DNA of 64,000 nucleotides from NCBI GenBank assembly GCA_951406725.2, contig OX597834.1:22196001-22260000 (forward strand), read 5' to 3'. Position numbers and translations under genes: made by a program. This DNA comes from Octopus vulgaris. Lineage: Eukaryota. Shown piece by piece: positions 52,731-64,000 of the stretch. Within the stretch, counting starts at the first letter, position 1; every line of letters starts with the position of its first letter. The notes beneath the pieces are model-generated. The model worked only from the letters and a program-made list of their open reading frames with translations, was not told where the DNA came from and searched no databases.

Positions 52731-53699
52731 GTAGATAAATAGATAGATATTAATATCAGTTTCAACATTTTTGTTTTGTTTTTCAATAGTAAACATTAAA
52801 AAAATGATAAAAGTTTAAAAGAAAGTAAATGCATAGAAAAAAATTCCATAACAGTAAAACATGCTGATATGTGTGTGTGCATGTGTGTATATATATACAT
52901 ACATGAAACAAATCTTGAGGTTATCTTTCAAATTATGTTCATCAAATCTATAAAAGTTTTGTTTTGTTTTTTAGTGGGGGTTTGGTGGGGTTGCTATTCC
53001 TGTCTCAAAATCCATTGCCTCTAAACAAAAATAAATATACATTAAAGAGGAAAAGAAACTTTCTCTATATATTATTTTTAAAAAAAAAAAAAAAACAGAA
53101 TCTAAATGTATTGGTAGACCAGCTGTCATAAGTACTTTACTAAAATCTCTCTTCACCAAAGGCCCCCATATACAGGGGGCCATCATTAAGTTATGTGTCT
53201 TGCCCAATATTCTATAATTTCCTTCTACATGTTTGCATTAGTAATGGTTACATGATAACTGACACTTTAAGTACAAATTTTCCTCACCAACCCATTCACC
53301 GATACCAATGGAAAATGAAAGAAGAAAGGAAAAGAGTAAAAGTTACTTCTAAAAATGCTGAAAGTTTCTTTCCTTCACCCACAGAAAATGAAGAAAACCA
53401 ATTAGCTCTAGAATTGGTAATTTCAACTGTACAAAAAAATTCCGAAATTAGGGTTATCATGTTCTAAAATCTAAGAGCATTCCTTATGTTTATATATATA
53501 TATGTAGGTATATATATACCTACACATTCACTTTTATATGTAGTTATATAGGTCTGTGTGTGCTGTGTGTTTGAGTGTAGGCATGTGCTTGTGTATGTAT
53601 ACATATATGCACAAGCACACACACACAGATATGTATCATCATCACTTTGTGCCCATATTCCATGATGGCCTGGGATTATCTATATATACACACATATAA

Positions 53700-54075
53700 C
53701 TGCCCCCTACTCCCCCTCACCATCACTCTAATTGAGCTATGTATGTATGCATATATATATATACACACACACACACACATTTGTATAAATATACATACAC
53801 ACATCACTCTAATTGAAATATGTATGTGTGTGTATATATGTATATATATCTATATATATATACACACATATTTGTATAAATATACATACACACATATATC
53901 CCCCCTCACTAATTGAAATATGTATGTATGTGTGTGTGTATATATATATATATATACATACACACACACACACATATTTGTATAAATATACATACACACA
54001 TATATCCCCCCTCACCATCACTCTAACTGAAGTATGTATGAGTGTGTATATATATATGTGTGTGTATGTGTGTAT
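53700..54075. repeat. Compound minisatellite, ~90-115-bp unit, about 4 copies
   Basis: Repeated CACTCTAATTGA(A/G)..TATGTATG..TTTGTATAAATATACATACACACAT. Confidence 0.8.
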
Positions 54076-54327
54076 ATATCCATCCTTTCCCACCCCCCTC
54101 TCCCTCAGTATCATATTCAGAACCATATCCCTCTGATATATAACAGTCACTTTTATACCACATAATTGAATTATAAATGCTTTTATTAGATTCATTTCTT
54201 GGAATGGTTCCTCCAGCCTGAAACATGATCAATTCAATTCCCAACGCAAGTCGCTGCCACATGGAACAATATTCGGATCAGTATTCTTCTGAATCCTTCA
54301 AATTATTGTCCATCGAATCATCCAGCT

Positions 54328-54708
54328 TTTATTCTTTTACTTGTTTGTCATTTGACTGCGGCCATGCTGGAGTACTGCCTTTAGTTGAACAAACTGACCC
54401 CAGGACTTATTCTTTGTATCTATCTATCTATCCGCTCAGTCGAAGTCGACTCTCGGTTACCCGTTGGATCAGTGTCTTCCAGTCAGTTCTACCCTCGGCC
54501 GCTTCTTTCAGATTGGCTATGTCCATTCCGGTATCACTCTTGATGGTGTCAAGCCAGCGGGTTCTTGGTCGGCTTCTTCCTCTCTTGCCACTGACCATTC
54601 TGAGCATGATTTCCTTTTGTATCGGTCTCTTTTGCTGAACCGCTAAGTTTCAGGGATGATGTAAACACACCAACATCAGTTGTCAAGCGATGGTGAGCAG
54701 ACACACAA

Positions 54709-54747
<39 letters not shown>

Positions 54748-54906
54748 CAATGGGTTTCTTTTAGTTTCTGTCTACCAAATCCACTCACAAGGTTTTGGTC
54801 AACCCAAAGCTATAGTAGAAGACACTTGCTCAAGGTGGCATGCGGTGGAAACTGAACCTGGAACCATATGGTTCGAAAGCAGGTTTCTCACCATACAGCC
54901 ACTCCT
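54328..54906 (-). mobile_element. SINE family A interrupted by an RTE fragment
   Basis: SINE sequence on both sides of 54421-54615. Confidence 0.82.
54421..54615 (-). mobile_element. RTE-clade (BovB-like) LINE 3' end with 8-bp TSD
   Basis: Minus strand encodes KEIMLRMVSGKRGRSRPRTRWLDTIKSDTGMDIANLKEAAEGRTDWKTLIQRVTESRLRLSG* with a (TAGA)n tail; TTTGTATC occurs at 54413-54420 and 54616-54623. Confidence 0.88.
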
Positions 54907-55984
54907 GTGTGTGTGTGTAGCTACCATCCATCTACCAGTTTCACTTGGACAGCATAGCTTGACCCAAGGTTATAGTATGTGTCATGTGGCAGGATAGGGT
55001 CTGAAATTATAGGGTTACAAAGCAAAGACTATATCTACACACCCATGCTTCTGTGTGTGTGTGTCTTTCTAGCACACTTTCCATAATGATATTTAATTGA
55101 TTTAATTGTCCATCTATCTATCCATTCATATATACGTCTGCCTCTTTATCTATCATTCTTTCCATCTTTCTTTTTATCACATTATGTATATCTCTATCTG
55201 TTTGTTGAGCTATCTATCTATCTATCTTTCTGTCTAGCTATCTCCTTAATTGACAGAAAATGGAGCAAGCTCTTTTTAAGAAATGCTATACTATGCCAAG
55301 AATCTGTGACAACAACAACGATAAAGGCAACATATATGTGTGTTTCAGTGTGTGTATATATATATGTATGTGTGTGTGTGTGTGTATGTATATTTATATA
55401 TATATATACATCCAGTGTAGTTGAACTGGAGACGGGTGTGAAATGCTATAGTTGTCAATGGATAACTAAGGAAAAGGTCAATAGATGTTTGGATGGAATC
55501 ACTTTGAAGTTAATAGTTCCAAGACAAGCTTCTTAGCCTTTATTTTCCTGACTTTGCTCTTCTTTCATTTTTATTTTTATTTTCTTAGTCTCTTGGCATA
55601 ATGGTACATAAATTGATCTCATTGAAGCGAAATGTCATCCTTGGACAACAAAAACAACTCGTCTTTTATGACATTCACGCAGCACAACAAACATGTTTAT
55701 CAGTTTTCTAGGGAAGTGTAGAGAGGTGGTGGCTGTGTGGTTAAGGGGTTTGCTTCAAAAGCACATGGTTTAAGGTTCAATACCACTATAACACATCTGG
55801 AGACAAGTGTCTTCTACTAAAGTCTCGAGATGATCAATATCTTTTAAGTGGAAACCGGTTGGCAGAATTTATGTGAAAGTTCGTCTCTGTGACCTTTGAC
55901 CTCCTTCCTTTGTCATTATCTCTTTTTTTCTTGAGGGTTTTTAATTTTAATTTTTTTCCATACTTTAAAAAACGGGTGAGAACA

Positions 55985-56628
55985 AGAAAGTTTGTACCAG
56001 TCAAATACTTAGTTCCATTTAATTGACAAATCTATTCCCTCTAAAATTGCTGGCTTTGTGCCAAAATTTGAAGGTGTTATTTGCCTTTCATCCTTTCGGG
56101 GTTGATTAAATAAAGTACAAGTCTATTACTGGGGTTGATGTCATTGACTTAAGAAGTTACCTTGTGTCTATATTAAAAAGGATTGTTATTATTATTATTA
56201 TTATTATTAAGGCAGTGAGCTGGCAGAACTGTTAGCATGCCAGGCAAAGTGCTTAGCAGTATTTCATCCGTCTTCACAATCCAAGTTCAAATTCCACCAA
56301 GGTTGACTTTGCCTTTCATACTTTCAGAGTTGATAAATTAAGTACCAGTTGAGTACTGGAGTCGGCGTAATCTACGAGTCCCTTCCTCCCAAATTTCAGG
56401 CCTTGTGTCTATATTAAAAAGGATTATTATTATTATTAAGGCAGAACTGTTAGCATGTCAGGCAAAATGCTTAGCAGTATTTCGTCCGTCTTCACAATCC
56501 AAGTTCAAATTCCACCAAGGTTGACTTTGCCTTTCATACTTTCAGAGTTGATAAATTAAGTACCAGTTGAGCACTGGAGTCGGAGTAATCTATGAGTCCC
56601 TTCCTCCCAAATTTCAGGCCTTGTGCTT
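55985..56628 (+). mobile_element. Tandem array of SINE family D copies; the last two are near-identical
   Basis: 56222-56435 versus 56440-56628 share GGCAGAACTGTTAGCATG..CCGTCTTCACAATCCAAGTTCAAATTCCACCAAGGTTGACTTTGCCTTTCATACTTTCAGAG.. Confidence 0.85.
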
Positions 56629-57030
56629 AATGGAAATTGTAGCTGTGATACCAGTGCCGGTGGCACGTAAGAGAACCATCCGAATGTGGCCGTTGCCAGT
56701 GCCGCCTCAACTGGCCTCCGTGCCAGTGGCACGTAAAAAGCACCATCCGATTGTGGCCGTTTGTCAGCCTCATCTGGCCCCCGTGCCGGTGGCACGTAAA
56801 AAGCACCATCCGATTGTGGCCGTTTGCCAGCCTCGTCTGGCACCTGTGCAGGTGGCACGTAAAAAGCACCCACTACACTCACAGAGTGGTTGGCATTAGG
56901 AAGGGCATCCAGCTGTAGAAACACTGCCAGATCAGATTGGAGCCTGGCGCAGCCTTCTGGCTTCCCAGACCCCAGTTGAACCGTCCAACCCATGCTAGCA
57001 TGGAAAATGGACGTTAAACGATGATGATGA
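56629..57030 (+). mobile_element. Family B element with four internal ~63-66-bp-spaced GTGGCACGTAA subrepeats
   Basis: Repeated GTGCC(G/A)GTGGCACGTAAAAAGCACCATCCGATTGTGGCCGTTTG; (GAT)n tail. Confidence 0.88.
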
Positions 57031-58217
57031 TTATTATTATTATAAAACTGATAAAGCCATTAAAAGGTCTTTAACTTGTAATTCCCACACCTGCTCTCAA
57101 CAATGTCGACAGATAACAACACATATTACACAACAGCTCTTCTTTCTGCTGTTTGCCATTCTGCAATTTATATGTTGAGAATACTGTGTTATATTCTCCA
57201 TGATGTAAGCAATTCATTTTTAGCTTCCTTTTTTTTGTTTTCAAGTCTGAGAAAGTCTGCGATTTTTCTGATATTAACCAGCGACAGTGCTTTCCATCAT
57301 ATATTTAGACTCTATCTGTTTGATTCCTTATCAATCTTTTTTTTTTTTTTTTCATCTTTTCTCCCCCATGCCTGTTATGGCTGTTATTAACAACTTTGGT
57401 GCTGAGTTGAAAAGTCTTGAAGCAGTTCCTGAGAGTAAATAAATGGGAAGAGATCAGCCTTGGAAGACCGAATTCTTGCATCAAACTATTATTTTCTGAC
57501 AGCTCTTGGCTTCTTCCCTTCCCCATCCCTCTCTCTCTCTCCCTCCCTCTCTCTCTCTCTCTCTCCTGTCTTCACTATTTATCTCTTTTTCTTTCTTCTC
57601 TCCCTTTCTCTTTCTCTGTTATATATATCTCTCTCTCTCTATTTGCATTCTCTCTTTTCACTGTCTCCTCTCTTCATCTCTTTTTCTCACTCTCTCTATC
57701 TCTATCTTCCTCTAGCTTTATGTTCTTCTCTCTCTCTCCCTCACCCCACACACACATACACCAGTTATCCTCAGACATTACAGCTGGCCTTATCATTAAA
57801 CCTTTCTGTCTGGTGGCAATGCTATAGCAGAGAAGACAAGGCCACCATCCAAGTCTTGTTACAAGCTGAAAGGATTGACAAATCATCATACACACATAAC
57901 CCCGTCACTGAAGCATTTATTTTTGCTGAAAAATCAGGAAATGATTCAGTTTTCATTTACTTTATCCACACTGTAAGTCGCTAAAGATATGCCATACCAC
58001 ATTCCTTGTGTGTTTAACTGCCTGAGGGAGCAAAATGTCTTTGGTACATTATCTTCCGTCTCGTTAATACAAGCATCACTGCTAATTACGAATGTTATCA
58101 TAGTAATTAATCTACATAAACATGGGGGTCTTTTTAGATGTGTTTCAGGGATGAGTTAGGGTAAGGGGTTCGGGTTTGGGAAATAGGGGTAGATTAGGGT
58201 TAGGTTGATCAGCTTAC

Positions 58218-58296
58218 CAAACTGGTAGACCCCAAAACATCGACTGTGCCTCCGTGGTCTGTGATCTGCTCTCATCCTTAAGTCTTGGGACTTTGC
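58218..58296 (-). other. Candidate 79-nt internal exon of an unidentified minus-strand gene
   Basis: Acceptor TTTTATTTTTACAG|G and donor TTG|GTAAGC around non-repetitive, GC-richer sequence. Two open frames: GKVPRLKDESRSQTTEAQSMFWGLPVW and AKSQDLRMRADHRPRRHSRCFGVYQF. No recognised homology. Confidence 0.45.
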
Positions 58297-58480
58297 CTGT
58301 AAAAATAAAATTTCGGAAGCAATGATAAGTAATCAACTTGCAGGAGTTGTGTACATGCACATATATACACACGTATGCGTGCGTGTGTATTATATATATG
58401 TATATATGTGTGCGTCTGTCCATGTATGTCACCCACTCCTGTCTTCTGAGAAAGGTTGAAAGAAATGAGGTGGTGATATG

Positions 58481-58516
<36 letters not shown>

Positions 58517-58598
58517 CATGTATACCAATACTGTATGTCTAAAAGGAAACTGAAAAATCATCAGTCTGTTCTCCATTTGTGTGTGTGTGTGTAGATAT

Positions 58599-58664
<66 letters not shown>

Positions 58665-58805
58665 GTATATGTATGTGTAATGTTTATTTAAATCACCTTC
58701 TTTCATTGAAATCCTTACTTCAACCCTTCTCATGGACTTTCTTACTTCCTATGATATCACCACATAAAAGGACCAGAATTTCTTTTAACTAGCCCCAAAT
58801 ATAAC

Positions 58806-58842
<37 letters not shown>

Positions 58843-59564
58843 CTCTCTCTCTCTCTTTCTGTCATCAACTTTGTCTCTCCCTCTCTGTATTTCTTTCTCT
58901 ATTTGTCTCCATATATTTTCTCTCTCTCAGTCTCTCTACACCATTATATCTGTCTCATTTTTTCTCTCTCTCTTTCTTACTAACCCTCACACTCAGCTAT
59001 ATACCCACATATACACACACACACACACATACATCGCCAATGAACCACACACACACACACTTAAATATACTTCACGCACACATGTAAAACAATATGCCCG
59101 TACACTCACACACATAACAAAGAAGACATTTCTGCTGATTTATTATTTTCATGTTGATTGTATAAACTTCACAGAGGAAATTGGACTTCCTCTCTCTCTC
59201 TTTCGGCCCAAAAGTTACATCAGGGGACTAGGGACACCCTTCGGTTGCTGTCCTCATTGCTTTCCTTGTGGTCTTTATATCAGATACTTCACCACCACCA
59301 CCACCTTCAGTTCATCCTACCCTGCCACCACACACACATATACGCACCATCTGATACTGTTCTTCAACTTCTCCTCCTACTGCTACTATGACTACTACTA
59401 CTACTACTACTACTCTTTACATTGTTTTTGGCCTCCATTGTTTCAGATCAGTAATAATGTGTGTGTATGCATGCATGCATATATATATACACATATATAT
59501 ATATATACACACATATACATGCACACATACGTACATAGATACATACATGGCATTTGTATATATA

Positions 59565-59604
<40 letters not shown>

Positions 59605-60049
59605 TTCTACATATGTATGTGTGAGTATAAATTTATGTTTGAGTGTTAATATATATATACATACACTTTGTATGCATGTATATATATATATATATATAAT
59701 ATATAGTGTCCTTTTCTTGCCTTATATAGTGAGTCATTGCTGTTCATTTCATTCGCTGAAGAAAATTTTGTTGTCTCTCCTTTTCTTTCTTTTATTCCAG
59801 AATTCATTTTTTTTTTTCCCCTAATGTTTGAAATAAATAATTATCGCATGCATGCATGCACATTAGTGTGTGTGTATCTGGATATATATAAAGATATATA
59901 TGTATGTATGAATATGCATGTATATGAAGTGGGCAGGGGGAATGTCTATAAATCAAAGGATGGGGTTGTAATATCAGTGATATTGGTTGGTTAAAAGTGC
60001 ACAAAGCGGTTTAAAAAAGCACAAAAAAACAAAAAAAAAATTGAAGGAC

Positions 60050-60086
<37 letters not shown>

Positions 60087-60396
60087 GTAATACTAATAGT
60101 AATAATAATATGGTCCCTTAGCTTTCGTTCTCATGATAATGTAAAAAAAACTGAAATGGAAGATGAGGAAGGGGATGGGGTAGAAGAGGAAGAGATGGAG
60201 CCCGAATATTCATTGGACACTTTGATTAGGTCCCAACAATAATGAGATAGATTCAATTACCTGATGGTTTGTTATGCTTTTTGTTTTCGTTTGCTTTAAT
60301 TTAGGGACTCTCTCCTATCAGTTAATGTGGTGGTCATCGTCATCATTGCCATAGATATCATTATCATAACCATCATTATCATCATCATCATTCATT

Positions 60397-61140
60397 AAGG
60401 TGGGGATTTGGTAGAGTCATTAGTGCCATGACAAAATGTTTTTTATTTTGATTTTTTGGAGCAGATTTGGGATTTTGTTTTTCTTTTTTTTTTCTTCTGG
60501 TGGTAGTTGTCCAAGGCTCTCCGGGTCTGCAGTTCAAATCCCATCAGAGTTAACTTTACTTTTCATCCCTCAAGGAATCATGAAATGAACTGCCTGTCAA
60601 GGTGCCCTTTGGTTCGCCTTTATGTTCAGAGTTCAAATTCCACTGACATCAACTTTCCCTGTCATTGTTTTGGGGGTGAGTAAAATAAGGACCAGTTGAG
60701 TACTAGGGTCAGTGTAATCGACCAGTCCCTGCCCCCAACATTTCAGACCTAGTGCTTTTAGTAAAAAGGGTTGTTGTTGTTCAGGCGGCAAGCTGGCAGA
60801 GTAATTAGCAAGCCCGGCAAAGTGCTTAGCAGTATTTCACCTGTCTTCACATTCTGAGTTCAAATTCCACTAAGGTCAACTTTGCCTTTCATCCATTTGG
60901 GGTCAATGAATTAAGTACCAGTCAAGTACTGGGCTCGGTGTGATCGGCTTACCCCCCTCCCCCCACTTGCAAATTTCAGGCCTTGTACCTTTTGTAAATT
61001 ACTATTATTATTATTATTATTATCTTACGATAGTCAACTTTGCATTTTATCATTTTGGGGTCCAATAAAATAAAGTAATAGTCAAGTACTGGGGTCGATA
61101 TAATTGAGTTGCTTTCTCCTTTCAGACTTTGAAACCATAA
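60397..61140 (+). mobile_element. Head-to-tail cluster of about 4 SINE family D copies of differing divergence
   Basis: Repeated GTTCAAAT.CC..AACTTT.C.TTTCATC and AGTACTGGG.TC motifs; best-preserved copy 60783-61022. Confidence 0.72.
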
Positions 61141-62445
61141 TAATAATAATAATTATTATTATTATTATTATTATTATAAAATTATAAAGCAGCGGCAACA
61201 ACAATAACAACAACAACCACCACTACTGCCACATCAACAACAGCAAATGCATCGACTACAGCTACAACAACAACAACAACATATAAATAAAAACCTCATA
61301 ATTCTCTCTGCAACAATGACCAGACATCCTCCTCCTCCTCCTCCACCTCCTCAAGATGTATTCTGTTTCTTCAAAATGAATTATCTTCTCTTTATTCAAA
61401 TGAGAATCGTTAGTTGTTGTTGTTGTTGTTGTTGTCTTTTGTTTCTGCTTTTCTTACTTTTTCTTTGGTGGTGGGATGGAACGTGCGGGAGGGGGGTACT
61501 GTTGTCTTTGACAACAGTGCAGCCTCATTGTATGCAAACACATGTGCTTCGGTGCATGTGTACATGTGCATGTACACACATGCACGTTTACACACACACT
61601 CACATACCTAGTCATGGATACATGTGTACACTCATACACATTCATATCTATGCATATATATCTATATATATGTGTGTGTGTTTATATATATATATATATA
61701 TAACATATATAAAACACACACATGTATAAACATTTACACATATATATGAACACATGTATAATCATATACATGTAGATTATATATATTTATATAATTTATA
61801 CTCATACACATGTATCACCATATACAGTATGTACGTAAGTATGTATGTATATGTATATCCACGTAGTCATGTATATAAATATGTAAATACATATTCATGT
61901 ACACACATACATGCATACACTCACATGCATACATATAAACAAATACATACACGCAGGCCTTTTAGTAAATCATTTTATGAATCTTATATCTAAGATTCTG
62001 AACCTCTTAGATGATTAATCCCTAAGGAACTGTGCCTCAATTTCTATCATACACACCCTTAAGTAGTTAAGTAATGAACTACAGGATCGACTTGCAGCTG
62101 GCTGAGTGGGTAAGTCATCAGGTTACTACCAACAAGGTCAACTGGTTATGTTCTGGTACAGGCGCAATGGTGTGTCCACAGCCGAGTTATTTAAATGTTG
62201 GCTGTTGGCTCAGTCTACCTAGTCGTATATACAGATATTTTAATACAACTGCTCCCAAAATTTTGATCATATTAATTAAAAATTAATTTAAATGCATGAA
62301 CAGTCTGTTCATTAGAAGTATTGTTTGTTTTTGTTTTGTTTTTTGTTGTTTTTTTTTTCAATGGTTTAATAGTGGTTAAAATTTAAAAGCTCTCTGCCTT
62401 AACTGTTGGTTTTTATGCAGATGGTGTCTCTGAATTATTTATTCT

Positions 62446-62957
62446 TTAACCCTTTTGAGACCACCCTTGTGTTTCTATGATGCAAACTCCTTGTTTAAAT
62501 TGATCTAGATTTAAAAAACTTTCATCAAAATGTTAATTTATGTTTCTGACACCAGGTTCATTCATAATGACAAAATTATTTTATTAAATTCAGGAATTAT
62601 TTTCTGAAGTAATTGAAACAAAGGCAATGGATTTCACCAGAAATATCCTAACCAAAAGGTTAAGACTGACTTGGGAATAAACAGCAATGATAATGTTAAT
62701 CACAGCTTAATTTCCAATTTACATTTATCTGTTTAACCCTTTTAATGCCAATCCTCCAAAGACCATCCCTGGTTCTGTGGTCGAAAGCTTCAGTGATCTA
62801 AATTACAATCTTTCATCAAAATTTCCTGTTTATTCCTGTTCCAGATTCCGGCTTTACAATGACAAACATTTTTTTATACTAGATTTTTCTTTGTTTTCTT
62901 AGTAATTAAAACAGAGGCAGTGTATTTTAACAGAAATTATTGCAAAGAAAGGGTTAA
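62446..62957. mobile_element. Pair of family F TTAA MITEs (62446-62663 and 62733-62957), opposite orientation to the 40.7-41.2 kb pair
   Basis: TTAA-CCCTTTT...AAAAGG-TTAA and TTAA-CCCTTTT...AAAGGG-TTAA. Confidence 0.75.
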
Positions 62958-63028
62958 GCCATTCTGTTTTGTACACCACCCCACACAGTCTTTGTATTAG
63001 TTAATCAAAATCGAAATTGATCAGCATC

Positions 63029-63354
63029 AATGGAAATTGCAGCTGTGATACCAGTGCCGGTGGTACGTAAGAAAAACATCCGAACATGGCTGTTGCCAGC
63101 GCCGCCCAAACAGGCCTAATGCTGGTGGCACATAAAAAGCACCATCCGATTGTTGCCTTTTGCCAGCCTCGTCTGGCATGTAAAAAGCACCCACTACACT
63201 CACGGAGTGGTTGGCGTTAGGAAGGGCATCCAGCCGTAGAAACACTGCCAGATCAGACTGGGCCTGGTGCGGCCTTCTGGCTTCCCAGACCGCAGTTCAA
63301 CCGTCCAACCCATGCTAGCATGGAAAGCGGACGCTAAACGATGATGATGATGAT
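63029..63354 (+). mobile_element. Family B element
   Basis: Same start AATGGAAATTG(C/T)AGCTGTGATACCAGTGCCGGTGG as the 56629 copy; (GAT)n tail. Confidence 0.88.
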
Positions 63355-64000
63355 TCAGTATTACTTTGAACAAGTATAGTGAAGTCTGTACTTTGCTGAT
63401 GAGCACTTAAAAAGCTGAAGCATAGAGTTGTCTCTCTTACTTAGAGAAATAATTAAAATGATGCCAGTCATTGGTTAATATTTTATAAAATTCTTATTAA
63501 TAATTATTTCTAATTAGGTTTTTAGCATGAAGTAGCACGACCAGATTCAGGTAAAATCTAGATATTCTTTAATAAAATCAGATGTTTTTGGCGTTTTTTT
63601 GAAAAAAAATTTTATTGCAATATAAGAATTATAAAAATGATGAGAAGCCTCTAAGAATGCAACATAGCTACTATGTGGGCATCGGTTGACTGGTTAGAAG
63701 CAGCAGCCAAATCTCCCTTAGTCTTCAACTTACCTTTAAAAGGTTTGACAGGTCAGGGTCTAGCAAGAGCTTAGACAACTACAGAGATTTTATATTACTT
63801 ACATCATATGAACCGATAGGAGAAGTCTCTGTATGGCCATTCCTATTACTTGAAATAGCAGCAAGAGCTCTGTCAAATCACACCATAATGTCTTTAATAA
63901 AATATGAGATGGATCGGAACTGCTGACCCGAAGCTAAACAATAAGAAAAATAACAATAAAAACAATGAAAAAATGAACTTTGTTTCGGGGTTTTAACTCT

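Noticed and set aside
58871-59824. 317-aa ORF (longest in the track)
   Set aside because: Composed of (CT)n, (CA)n, (TAC)n and (TA)n translations with a non-ATG start; no domain-like sequence.
62090-62114. Plus-strand 25-nt micro-exon (TACAG|...|GTAAGT)
   Set aside because: No polypyrimidine tract at the acceptor.
63375-63435. CTGATGAGC..GCTGAAGC hammerhead-like string
   Set aside because: GAAA core is broken, stem II is only 2 bp and there is no convincing stem I or III.

Overview
AT-rich eukaryotic genomic DNA, saturated with microsatellites ((TA)n, (CA)n, (TATC)n, (ATT)n, (CAT)n, (CT)n). The SINE-like families and repeat density are most consistent with an octopus/coleoid cephalopod (inference, not confirmed by a search). 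No intact protein-coding gene is evident. The ORF track is almost entirely microsatellite and SINE read-through. Supported content: four recurrent SINE-like families (called A-D here), a DD37D (maT-type) Tc1/mariner transposase relic with its right terminus, two RTE/BovB-like LINE 3' ends, TTAA-flanked piggyBac-like MITEs, a hAT/Charlie-like MITE in a triple-nested insertion, a non-autonomous Helitron with a perfect 18-bp terminal hairpin, a Helentron/DINE-like element, a tRNA-Glu(TTC) fragment and an 8 x ~129-bp tandem array. Most noteworthy are (i) five minimal hammerhead-ribozyme-like motifs with covarying stems, in Penelope-like repeats, (ii) the structured 129-bp array, (iii) a locally templated inverted duplication and (iv) one good 79-nt minus-strand candidate exon, which suggests the window may be largely intronic. 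I cannot claim a new biological system from sequence alone. Coordinates of degraded repeats are approximate.
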